This document shows positions 32,401 through 41,666 of a DNA stretch of 64,000 bases, in pieces. The translations under genes were made by a program, and so were the position numbers. The notes below the pieces were generated by a model. That model was given only the letters and a program-made list of their open reading frames with translations, ran no database searches and was not told the origin of the DNA. Source of the DNA: Verrucomicrobiota bacterium (GTDB taxonomy: Bacteria; Verrucomicrobiota; Verrucomicrobiia; Limisphaerales; CANJXF01); NCBI GenBank assembly GCA_038214755.1, contig JBBQRQ010000007.1, positions 6,448 through 70,447 of the forward strand, in the 5' to 3' direction. How positions within the stretch are numbered: position 1 is the first letter of the stretch; each line of letters begins with the position of its first letter.

Positions 32401-33960
32401 TTACTTTCCTCCTTCGATCCCTCGGCGCAAGAGGTTCTGTGTGATCTGCTGCACGCGTTCATCCGGACCGTGAGGACGCGTCCAGTGGGTCCAGGGAAGA
32501 GTGTGACCCGGCGGAGAACTAAGACCCTGAGCCCAGAAGATTGTCGAGGCGTTGAATACGAAATTATTCTTTGGACCGGGATAGATCGTCGCAGTCCAAT
32601 GCTGGGGACTGGTGCCGTTGACCCAGGCGGTGCCTTCGCCAACTACCTCTAAGCCGGGGATGTCACTTGGGGGATTGCCGTGGTATTCCCAGCCGACGAG
32701 GCCGGGAATCCGGTCACCCTTCTTCATGCCGGTTCCCTCGAAGATCCAGTTATCGGGTTTCACACAGACCCAATCACCGCCACCGTTGACTGGCTCAACG
32801 TTGCGGGCTCCGATGAGGTAGCCTTCATCGGGTCCGCGATGGGGGAAAGGCCCATGTTCTTTCTCGCGCTGCTCGGCATGCTTAGCTTGCCCGCCATACG
32901 GGCCGCCTCGAAACATGATCCGCGCAGGACGGCCATCGGTGGAAGGCTTCAATGGCGTAACCCAGCAGACGGCGTTGCCCGAGAGGAACAGCAAGTTCAC
33001 GCCAGCGTCGCGCATCTTCGTGACGCTTTCATACTGGCGGATGTCCCAGTACTCGTCGTGGCCGACGCTGATGAAGACCTTGCACTTCAGACCATGCTCC
33101 GGAGTGGTCATGTCGCTGTTGGCGCAATACGACACGTCATAGCCGTGTTGTTCCAGGAAGTAAAGGAGCGGGAACTCAAACGGCAGAAACTCGCCCGAAC
33201 CAACGGTGAGCGGATCGTTGACAATGCCCTGGAACTGAGCCTCGCGCCCATAAGGCCGGTCGAAGCTCACATCGGCCCAAGGCCCTTGGCCTCCCTTCGG
33301 GTGGGTATAGACCGAGTAATGCGTGGGCCAGCGGTTGTACGCCTGCCATGTGTTATCGGAACATTGAAACAGGATGTCAGCAGGCCGGTCGTCGCGCACG
33401 ATAAACACGATGTAGCTCTGCCAGTATGAGGTCTGCTCGTCGTTGGGCAACGTTGTCATCCGCCCCAAGTATATGCCGCTAGGCCAATCCTGAGGAATCG
33501 TCAGGCTCGTGGTCTTGTCCCATCGGCATTCGTGCAGGTCTTTCGGACCGAGCGTCGGTGTGGGCTGGGCTTTGCCTTGAAACGGTCCGAGCGTTGTCAT
33601 CAACCTAGCACCTTTTCCCCCGTAGTAACCCATGCGGAAGATCTCGACCTTGAACCTCACGGGCGGGTCGGTGGAGACCATGATATCGATAGCCTCGTTT
33701 GCCTTGACGCTCTGTTTCGAGCAATAACCCTCGATCCAAGGGCAGCGGAAGCCATTGATGTCGTCCAGCCGTACGCGCGTTAATTGCCAGTCCTTCGCGC
33801 CCGCCTTGGCGTTCTCGCGCTGGAGCAGCGTCGCATCCCGCTTCGGATTGCCGGTCGTTTCCTGAGCCGAGCAACTCAGCGCCAGCAACCCCATCGCACC
33901 TATCGCCAGAAGGCCGGCGAAACTCTTGCCTCTGATCGTCACCTTAGGCTTGTTGTTCAT
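32401..33960 (-). CDS. N,N-dimethylformamidase beta-subunit-like domain protein, exported
   Basis: 'IFRMGYYGG.GAR', 'TWQAYNRW', 'VSFDRPY', 'SVGHDEYW' and 'FLSGNA'. Confidence 0.8.
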   Translation of the reverse strand: MNNKPKVTIRGKSFAGLLAIGAMGLLALSCSAQETTGNPKRDATLLQRENAKAGAKDWQLTRVRLDDINGFRCPWIEGYCSKQSVKANEAIDIMVSTDPPVRFKVEIFRMGYYGGKGARLMTTLGPFQGKAQPTPTLGPKDLHECRWDKTTSLTIPQDWPSGIYLGRMTTLPNDEQTSYWQSYIVFIVRDDRPADILFQCSDNTWQAYNRWPTHYSVYTHPKGGQGPWADVSFDRPYGREAQFQGIVNDPLTVGSGEFLPFEFPLLYFLEQHGYDVSYCANSDMTTPEHGLKCKVFISVGHDEYWDIRQYESVTKMRDAGVNLLFLSGNAVCWVTPLKPSTDGRPARIMFRGGPYGGQAKHAEQREKEHGPFPHRGPDEGYLIGARNVEPVNGGGDWVCVKPDNWIFEGTGMKKGDRIPGLVGWEYHGNPPSDIPGLEVVGEGTAWVNGTSPQHWTATIYPGPKNNFVFNASTIFWAQGLSSPPGHTLPWTHWTRPHGPDERVQQITQNLLRRGIEGGK

Positions 33961-34074
33961 AGCAACTGAGAGGGGTTTGCATTTATGATGCTGATCTGTT
34001 TAGAGAGTTCATAGGGACTTCGTAAGAAAGCTGTGAGATCAATCGACACCTTCACGACGCCTTTGGCACGTCGC

Positions 34075-35886
34075 TCACTGGCTTGCGGTTTGAAACTGGG
34101 CGTCCTCGCCATGCGATGCGCCGGTAGAATTTATGCCGACCAAACGGTAATGAAACGTGCTACCCGGCTTCAGTCCTGAAAGCAAGGCGAACACACTCCG
34201 GGGAGTGACTTGCAGGCCGCCGTATTGTGGGGCAGTTTCCTGGCCGTAGTTGGTATCGGGTCCATACTCGAAGTGGAACTGTGTTTTTTTCCCGAGGGGG
34301 TTGAGCCGTCCTTCCACTTTAGCCGACGCGTTACGAATCCGGCTGGGCGGGCCGGTTGTAACTTGTGGTCGAGTGTCGGAGGGAATCGTAAAGATCTGGT
34401 CTGTTCCGTGACTGGTCCCGGCGGCACTGGTGGCCACCACCCGGTAGTGATATGTTCCACCCCCCTTCAGATCGCCTATGTCCTGGTTGACGTGATACCA
34501 GTCGTCATCCGTTTGCATCACGGCTCCCGAGCCAAACAGTTCGATCTCGCCCAAGCCCCAATGTTCCGGCTTGTAGCCAGAGAGGATTCGCACGCGCGCT
34601 TGGCGGGCGGGGGCATTGAAGCCTCGTTCAAGGAGAAAGGCAAAATTGGGACCGGACGGAGAGTTCCTGGACAACTCTTTTTTAAGCAGGGGCTTCCAAG
34701 ACTGTCCGTCATTGGAGACTAGAATTTCAATTCCTTCGCTGGGCCAAACCGGATGCTGGTGGATCTGAATAGTTTGAATGATTACGGGATTGCTGAATGA
34801 ATAAATGAACTCAAGCGGAGTGGTGGGAGTCGCGGCGCTGCACCACATGCGGCCCGGACCATTGCGCCAACCGTCGGTCAGCGTGGCTGGATCGTCGAGA
34901 GCGCCGGCGGGAGAACTCAACAACCTGCCTCCGTTCGACGGCAACAGTAGGGAGTAGTTGCGGTAGGCCATTTCGAAATCATCGAAGTCGATCGATCCTC
35001 TTGGTGGATTCTTCGGGTCGACATAGGCCAGCAAGTGAAAGAAATCGCAACTCACACCAGCCAAGGAATTGTTAATCGGTGCGTAGGAATAGTTGGGTCG
35101 ATTTTGTGCCAGATTGTTACCGGCGTAGGTCCAATCCTGGGAGTTGTTGTTCAATCGGTATTCGACTTTTTCCCATTTGCCGGAGTCAAGAAAATCATTA
35201 AGGCTGAAACTCGTGTAGGCCCAGTTAGCCCGCCTCCAATCGGGGCTGTTCTGCAACAACACATCGTGGTCGCTCTGCAACCACCAGAGACACTCTGTGC
35301 CGTTGGGAATCCACTGGTTGCCTCGGACACTGATCTTCACCCTGGCATCGCGGAGGTCGGGATCGCCTCCACTCAAAAAGGCATGTAGGTCGGCGGGACC
35401 CGGGTGAGTTGCGGGATAGAAGTAGCTGGCAAGATGCAAGGCGCCAATTCCATCGTCATGGTTGCGGTCGAGAGCGCTCGGCTCCGAAAATCTCACGAAT
35501 CCTTTTGATGCGCCTCCCTCGGCATGATGCACCAAATCCTTCCCATTCAAGCCCCCCATCCAACCGGCGAGGCCATCATCCCAACTTTCGCCATAAAAGG
35601 CTGCGAGGCGAGGAGGAAGGGGATGTTCAGCGGTTCTGGATCCGTAGCTCGGCGTAACACCGTATTCAAAATAAGCGGAGGTGGGAAGCGTGTGAGGGTT
35701 GATTCGGCCGTTGGCGGTGAAGCCCGTTAAGCCGAGTGAACTGGCAGGCTGCGATTCCACCGTCGGGGCCTCGCCTTTTCCTCCGGCCACCCTCTTCTCA
35801 TTGGCCAGGCCGACACGATCCTTGGAGGCAATATTGCCCGGGACGCCAATGGCGAAGACACCTAATAGCATCAATACCCTTTTCAT
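34075..35886 (-). CDS. Secreted FN3-like + discoidin-like multidomain protein
   Basis: FN3-like 'FEYG...YG...GLKPGSTFHYRLV' units and discoidin-like 'LTDG...VSNDGQSW...ARQARVRI...LGEIELFG'. Confidence 0.7.
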   Translation of the reverse strand: MKRVLMLLGVFAIGVPGNIASKDRVGLANEKRVAGGKGEAPTVESQPASSLGLTGFTANGRINPHTLPTSAYFEYGVTPSYGSRTAEHPLPPRLAAFYGESWDDGLAGWMGGLNGKDLVHHAEGGASKGFVRFSEPSALDRNHDDGIGALHLASYFYPATHPGPADLHAFLSGGDPDLRDARVKISVRGNQWIPNGTECLWWLQSDHDVLLQNSPDWRRANWAYTSFSLNDFLDSGKWEKVEYRLNNNSQDWTYAGNNLAQNRPNYSYAPINNSLAGVSCDFFHLLAYVDPKNPPRGSIDFDDFEMAYRNYSLLLPSNGGRLLSSPAGALDDPATLTDGWRNGPGRMWCSAATPTTPLEFIYSFSNPVIIQTIQIHQHPVWPSEGIEILVSNDGQSWKPLLKKELSRNSPSGPNFAFLLERGFNAPARQARVRILSGYKPEHWGLGEIELFGSGAVMQTDDDWYHVNQDIGDLKGGGTYHYRVVATSAAGTSHGTDQIFTIPSDTRPQVTTGPPSRIRNASAKVEGRLNPLGKKTQFHFEYGPDTNYGQETAPQYGGLQVTPRSVFALLSGLKPGSTFHYRLVGINSTGASHGEDAQFQTASQ

Positions 35887-35911
35887 TGAGCCAGGCAGGA
35901 CCGCTATGCAC

Positions 35912-37060
35912 CTATTTTATTAATTTCCAGCCGGTCTCATCAACTTTGAGGCCGGTGAATCCCTTGTATTGGTCATACACTTGTTGCATCTGCTCAATGG
36001 AATCAAAGTAGCCAACTATAAATGCTGTACTAAACGATTGACCGGCTTTCACCGGGCTGGCTGGGCCGACCTCTTGTATAAAGCAGACGTAGCGGACATT
36101 GTTGCACCAAGCCTCGTGCGTGCCGGCTGGGTTGAGCGTCATGCCTGCGAGCCACGGCCCGTCCGAACCAGTCTTTGGGTCACGCAGTTTGTAAGCACGG
36201 ATGAAACGCTGCGGAACTCCGTCGCGATCGCGCCGATAGTTGAACTTCTGCTCCGGCATGAACTTCTCGCGAAACTGACTGGATGGCAGCCGAGAGCCAT
36301 CCGGCCCGCCGTGATAGCTGAGGTAAATCTCGCTGAACGTGTCCCCGTCGTTGTGCTTGATGTGCCCGGGCATGTCGATCCGCAGATACACCTGTTCGTA
36401 ATCGTTGGCGCAATCAATGCGGTCTATCGAGACGAAATACCGCTTGCCTTTCTGGAAGACCAGGTACTGCGTCCACTTCGAGCCAGGCTTGTATGGCGGG
36501 GCGGCGGTCGTATAGGTGTGAGTCGTTTCAATAGCAACGAAACCCTTGCCTCGGATAACCCGTGGGTGCTGTTGAGGCACCTGGCACATCTGCGGCCCTT
36601 CGAGCTTTCGTTTGGGACGGTCTCCGTGGATCAGGTGGACGATCTCCGGCTCGTGCCGATAGCGCATATCCTCGGGTAGTTGATCTTCGTACGCATCGTC
36701 AGAGCCATCTTGCAGTATCCAGTCCACCGCATCCAGCCCGTAGCCGGGGTCGCGGAAGCCCGTCCGCTTGTCTAAAAACGATGTAGCCGCTACACCGGTG
36801 GTCAATGGACCTGGCGGTTTCTTTTTGCGGAAAGTGGCCGTCAGCGTATCGGTCTCCAGGTAGATGCCCGCCTCGTCCTCAGTGATTTTCGCCCAGTCCT
36901 CTCCTGCCTGAACACGACTGGACAGAGTGTTCGACGAATAGACCAGCGAGTTTGATGCTTGTTTGCTGGTGTCGGGTTGAGGAGCAGTCCGACCGGGTGA
37001 TACCCACACCATCAAAGTGAGCAGGGTCCAGCGGATCGTCATGAACGTGTGATTACTCAT
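35912..37060 (-). CDS. Secreted hypothetical protein
   Basis: 382-aa ORF with a signal peptide, closely spaced in the operon. Confidence 0.7.
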   Translation of the reverse strand: MSNHTFMTIRWTLLTLMVWVSPGRTAPQPDTSKQASNSLVYSSNTLSSRVQAGEDWAKITEDEAGIYLETDTLTATFRKKKPPGPLTTGVAATSFLDKRTGFRDPGYGLDAVDWILQDGSDDAYEDQLPEDMRYRHEPEIVHLIHGDRPKRKLEGPQMCQVPQQHPRVIRGKGFVAIETTHTYTTAAPPYKPGSKWTQYLVFQKGKRYFVSIDRIDCANDYEQVYLRIDMPGHIKHNDGDTFSEIYLSYHGGPDGSRLPSSQFREKFMPEQKFNYRRDRDGVPQRFIRAYKLRDPKTGSDGPWLAGMTLNPAGTHEAWCNNVRYVCFIQEVGPASPVKAGQSFSTAFIVGYFDSIEQMQQVYDQYKGFTGLKVDETGWKLIK

Positions 37061-37100
37061 AGGAATTTGCTTTCATAATGCTACGCAGTTTATTCGTGAA

Positions 37101-38855
37101 CTAATACCCTACTCGATAGAAGAAGCCCCCGTCATGCAGGCCCAAGCGGATGAAGTTCAACACCCCGTACCGCTGTCCAGTGGGACCATAGTATTTGCCA
37201 CCGAACATCATTGGATCCTCGGCGACGAGATAATGCACCCGTCCGGCCTCGGGTTTGAACTCGTCGGCATCGGTCACTCGCACCGCGAAACCCAGAGTCG
37301 AATCGAGCGATGCCAGCGCAACCTTCAACGTATAGGTATCGTCGCCGTCAGACTGAAGTGAAGCGCGTTTGGGATCAAAACCAGCCGGCAGCGCCAAGGC
37401 GGCTTTGGGCTGGCCCTCTTGCTCCTTGTAATACATGCCCAAGCGAACGACACCCTCGGGGTTGCCGTCCTCTGGCGAAGTGTCGCGCGCGGCTGTGGCG
37501 TGCGGGCGCAGGTCAAAAAAGAACTCGATCGCATCACAAGCCTGCCAGGTAGGGCTGCTCAGGAGGTCTATGGGTGCATTGATGCGCTGTCTCGCCCGAG
37601 CGGAGATCTTATATGCGTCAAAGTGGTCTTGCGCGCAGACTTTGTGCGGATCGTTCACGTGAAATCGAATGCTTACAGCCTCGGAGGTTCGTTCCAGCGA
37701 GAGCCTCGTGATCGGGCATGGAAGCTTGCCCTTGTACGTCGCTGACAGCGGTCTGAACTGACTGGCATTAAACGAAACTCCGGGTGGCGCGGCAGGCAAG
37801 ATCGCCGCATAATGGAATAACGCGAATCCCGAAGCGAAACCGTCCTTGGCACGGAGCATGAGATAGAGCGGCTGTGTGCCCGCGGTGGCGGAAAAATCCT
37901 TGGTCGGCACGGAAACTGTGAACCTCCTGGACTCTTTAGGCGCGAGCGTTACGCGGCCCACATCATAAGTCTTATCAAGGACAGCAACCATGGTACCTGA
38001 GCGCGGCTGATCGCTCAGGTTTCGCGCGGTGATCCGAACTGTTAGTTTCCCGTCTTTTGGAAGCAGGTTGACATCATCAGCGGCGGTCAATTCGACCGTG
38101 GCCGGACCACCGGCGCGGATCGGTGGGCGTCGGCCATCTTTAGCCAGCGGCAAGCCCACGCCCATGCCATCCAGGATGGCTGCCGAAATGCATGCTTCGC
38201 CGGTCGGCAAAGGATGGATCACGTCAGGCGAAAACTCGTACCGCGGGTCCTTTTGCCACGCTTCGTGGAGTCCGCGTACGTAGGTCGCGTGGACATCAAT
38301 GACCGGAACGTCCTGCTCGCGCGCCATACGAATGAGCCCCGCTGCCAGCCGATCCAAGACCACGTTCATTTGGTTCTCGAACTGGGCCGGTTTGTCATTA
38401 TGGGAGAAAGGCGTCTCGGCCAGGAAGACGAGTTGGATTTTGTGCTGACGCGCCAGGGGAGCGAATTGCCGCATCCACTTGAGAAATTCCTGCTCCTTCT
38501 CGTCAGCGTGGTCCGGCCGCATTTTGAGGTCATTCACGGCAAGCATGACCAGGGCAACGGTTGGCGCTCCGCCGTTGTCAATGTATTGGCGCAACGTTTC
38601 CAGCCCGCCCCGCGACGCCTGCCCGCCAACCGCTTTATTCGTGATAGAGATACGGTTCCCAGGATAAACGGCATTGAGCACTCGCTCGATCTGAGAACAA
38701 AAAACACCCCGAGCGGTTATCGAATCGCCGATAACAACAATGCGATCGTCCGCCTTCAAGAATGAATACTCCTCGGCATCGACACTCCCAATAGTGAGGA
38801 ACAGACAGATGGAGAGACTGAAGAGTATTCGATTCAGCGGCGAAGGAATAAGCAT
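37101..38855 (-). CDS. Secreted SGNH/GDSL hydrolase with C-terminal extension
   Basis: 'GDSIT', 'NKAVGG', 'AVND' and 'DVIHP'. Confidence 0.85.
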   Translation of the reverse strand: MLIPSPLNRILFSLSICLFLTIGSVDAEEYSFLKADDRIVVIGDSITARGVFCSQIERVLNAVYPGNRISITNKAVGGQASRGGLETLRQYIDNGGAPTVALVMLAVNDLKMRPDHADEKEQEFLKWMRQFAPLARQHKIQLVFLAETPFSHNDKPAQFENQMNVVLDRLAAGLIRMAREQDVPVIDVHATYVRGLHEAWQKDPRYEFSPDVIHPLPTGEACISAAILDGMGVGLPLAKDGRRPPIRAGGPATVELTAADDVNLLPKDGKLTVRITARNLSDQPRSGTMVAVLDKTYDVGRVTLAPKESRRFTVSVPTKDFSATAGTQPLYLMLRAKDGFASGFALFHYAAILPAAPPGVSFNASQFRPLSATYKGKLPCPITRLSLERTSEAVSIRFHVNDPHKVCAQDHFDAYKISARARQRINAPIDLLSSPTWQACDAIEFFFDLRPHATAARDTSPEDGNPEGVVRLGMYYKEQEGQPKAALALPAGFDPKRASLQSDGDDTYTLKVALASLDSTLGFAVRVTDADEFKPEAGRVHYLVAEDPMMFGGKYYGPTGQRYGVLNFIRLGLHDGGFFYRVGY

Positions 38856-38907
38856 TGGAATTTGGTCTTTGGACCGTCGGAGAGACATCGCAGAAGCGAA
38901 AAGAATA

Positions 38908-40551
38908 TTATTCCGTTACGTAGAGCGCAAAGACATGGGCTTTGCTGTTGGCAGGAAACTTCACTTTTCCGGCCAATTGCTGACCCGTCGGCAACGATGC
39001 GGTCTTGGTCTTCGGCCACACGATTTGTTGCTGTGTTCCGTTGGCAGTGATCGTTGCCGCATCAGCTCCTGAATAGCCTGGCACCGGCCTATCATGGCCA
39101 TCAAGCAGTTCAACGGTTAGCGGCGCATCGGACGTGATGCCATCGGCGTTGAGCAGGAGCTTGCCGCCCTTTCTGCTCGCGAAGGGAGCAGTAATAAAGT
39201 GGGCGTCGTTGCCATCCTCTTTGCAAGCGAGATAGCCGAAGCCATCGCGGCGTAGAGTGGCAAGGCCGATTTCCATAGACTTCAGCTTCCCGCCCGTGTC
39301 CCAATGCGAATACCAAAGCATGGTCTTTTCACCCTCATTCACAAACGCATGACCTTGGATCAGCGCGATGTCGTCCCACTCGCCCTCCTTGCCGCGCGCA
39401 ATCACTTTGAAGTCCGGCACGGGTTCGCGGAAATGAATGCCGTCGTTGCTCATAATCAGCCCCAAGTCGATATGTACGCCTAGATTTGGCATCGCTCCCT
39501 TGGGGGGCACAGGTGCATTCAGCCACATCCCGTACAGCCCCAGCATTACGTTGCCACGATTCCACAGCCCAGCGCCCATGTGTACCTGTTGAGCCGTACC
39601 ATAACCTCCCACAAGCGGGTTCTCTCGATTCCACGCGCCCGCCTCCGTGTGAACCGGTTGGGCCGTTGGGAGCGGATTTCCAAGCTGACCATGGCGTGCA
39701 AACGAAAGAGTCTTTGCCTGTGACCAATTCACGAAATCAGGTGAGCGATAAGCCAACATTACACGGCCCACATCACTCCCATCGGCACGCCAGGTCCAAG
39801 GGGAGATCAACTGCCCGGTCGTGTAGTAAAAACCGTCGAAGCGGTAGAGACTGGAGACCTCGAAGCGCTCGCCTTCGGCATTTGCGGGACGATCTCCGAC
39901 GATCTTCCATCTCAGTCCATCAGCGCTCGTTGCGCAAATGGTGACAGGAAGGCGAGTTTTCGGGTTGACGGGGGAACGCTTGTCTTTGACTCCGATCTTG
40001 CTCATGCCTCCACGAATGTCCTCGTATTGCGGGTGCGCAATATAGGCGGCCTTGTAGCGGCGTTTCGGATCGGGATCGTTCGGCTCATACAGAATGGAGA
40101 GGAAATCATCCACCAATGTCAGAGATCGAGGCTCGCCTTCGATCAGGCAGATGTTGTTGCGCTTGTTGCCGTTTAACTCCACCAGTCCAAGTTCCGGCTT
40201 GGTCCAATGCACCCCGTCCTTGCTCTCCGCATAGCACATCGGTCGCCACCAGCCGGGAGCGTTTAAACTTTTGAGTTCTGTTTCGATCATGCCGAGATAC
40301 CACATGCGAAACTTGTCACCGTCCTTGATGACCGTTCCGTAAAGAACAGCGTGCCCATGATCGGGCGCTCCCTCAGGTCCGCGCCGCAGCACGGGGTTTT
40401 CGGGGTGCTTCTGCGCTGCGACGAGCGTGACTTTCAAATTATGCTGCCACGGGATGCTGTAGTCATCGAACGCGAAGAAGACGCGCTCCTCGGCGTGCGC
40501 CGCGATCGAAAGACTAAGAACAATCAGAGCGGTGGTGAAGTGCGTACTCAT
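38908..40551 (-). CDS. Secreted five-bladed beta-propeller glycosidase-like protein
   Basis: 'KHPENPVL', repeated 'S.DG..W/F' boxes and 'IGLATLRRDGF'. Confidence 0.65.
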   Translation of the reverse strand: MSTHFTTALIVLSLSIAAHAEERVFFAFDDYSIPWQHNLKVTLVAAQKHPENPVLRRGPEGAPDHGHAVLYGTVIKDGDKFRMWYLGMIETELKSLNAPGWWRPMCYAESKDGVHWTKPELGLVELNGNKRNNICLIEGEPRSLTLVDDFLSILYEPNDPDPKRRYKAAYIAHPQYEDIRGGMSKIGVKDKRSPVNPKTRLPVTICATSADGLRWKIVGDRPANAEGERFEVSSLYRFDGFYYTTGQLISPWTWRADGSDVGRVMLAYRSPDFVNWSQAKTLSFARHGQLGNPLPTAQPVHTEAGAWNRENPLVGGYGTAQQVHMGAGLWNRGNVMLGLYGMWLNAPVPPKGAMPNLGVHIDLGLIMSNDGIHFREPVPDFKVIARGKEGEWDDIALIQGHAFVNEGEKTMLWYSHWDTGGKLKSMEIGLATLRRDGFGYLACKEDGNDAHFITAPFASRKGGKLLLNADGITSDAPLTVELLDGHDRPVPGYSGADAATITANGTQQQIVWPKTKTASLPTGQQLAGKVKFPANSKAHVFALYVTE

Positions 40552-40822
40552 AGATATGTAACGTTTCGTGATTAAGATTTGTTTTTTGGATGCAGTGATA
40601 CTTTGAAAAATATGCCCTTGGTTTTAGCTCAAATTCCTTAATCTTTCTTGTCTTTGGCGATATTACCTTTATCAGGGTTTTGAGAAGGACGCTTCATTTG
40701 GAGCTAATTAGAATTTCCCGACGACTAGGGCCATGGATCCCCAGAACCCAGTGGGTAGTTGATACCGTTAAATTCGCCACGCATCCACATGGCCGCCCGG
40801 CAATGTTTTTTGAAAAACGTGG

Positions 40823-41620
40823 CTATGGCAAAGCCACTGCAGGAGGAATGTTTATGGAAAAATGCTCCCACCAATCATTATTAATGGGGTCATTGGAATA
40901 AGTGCCGGCGTTGGAACGAGCAATCACGCGTTGCCTATCACTATACCAAGCTGCGTGGGCGTCCGTGTACGCGACATTGTATCCAGTTTTGTGAGCAAAA
41001 TCTCCAACGCCCGATGGAAAGAAATCCGAGCTCAACGCTCTGATCCCGGGGCGCTCGATAGCCGTCAGCTTATTCGGTTTATCCTCACTGGTGGAACCAG
41101 TGTATAGATAAATATACCAAATATTGATGCCGTTATTACCGCCGGTCGTAGGTCTTGGGAAGTTGTTCTCCCACCCATACGGTCCGCTATATTCCAACGC
41201 TCCCTCATAACCAAAAAATGTCTGCGTCTTCGAAGGACAATAAAACACTCTCGGTTGCCGGATATAGTTTGGATAGAGCTTCCCCAAGCCGACAAGAGAT
41301 GAGATCGCCTCGTCGGTATTCCTCGGAATCGGATCACCAAAGAGGATGTTTTGAACGCAATAGGAAGTCACGCCGCGCTTCGGTAGAACTTGATTGTTAT
41401 CGCTCGCGTACATAGTCAGACCCAGCGCCTGCTGGCGAACATGGTTGAGGCATTGCGTGCGTTTCGCTTTCTCCTTAGCCTGACTGAGAGCCGGCAATAG
41501 CAGGCTGGCTAAAATGGCGATGATGGCAATAACGACGAGCAACTCAATCAAGGTGAACCCGCAGGGGGGTAAACGCATGCACAAACGAGTTGATTTTAAA
41601 TGTTTCAAAGATTTGTTCAT
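40823..41620 (-). CDS. Prepilin-type N-terminal cleavage/methylation protein (DUF1559-like, H-X9-DG type)
   Basis: '[25 protein letters not shown]', 'FYCPS' and '[13 protein letters not shown]'. Confidence 0.9.
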   Translation of the reverse strand: MNKSLKHLKSTRLCMRLPPCGFTLIELLVVIAIIAILASLLLPALSQAKEKAKRTQCLNHVRQQALGLTMYASDNNQVLPKRGVTSYCVQNILFGDPIPRNTDEAISSLVGLGKLYPNYIRQPRVFYCPSKTQTFFGYEGALEYSGPYGWENNFPRPTTGGNNGINIWYIYLYTGSTSEDKPNKLTAIERPGIRALSSDFFPSGVGDFAHKTGYNVAYTDAHAAWYSDRQRVIARSNAGTYSNDPINNDWWEHFSINIPPAVALP

Positions 41621-41666
41621 AATGAAATATCGGTTGTTGGATCTTCAGACGACTACTTTTAAGGTC

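Noticed and set aside
27815-33429. Long plus-strand ORFs (27815-28483, 28591-29211, 30649-31353, 32680-33429)
   Set aside because: Antisense shadows of well-supported GC-rich minus-strand genes.
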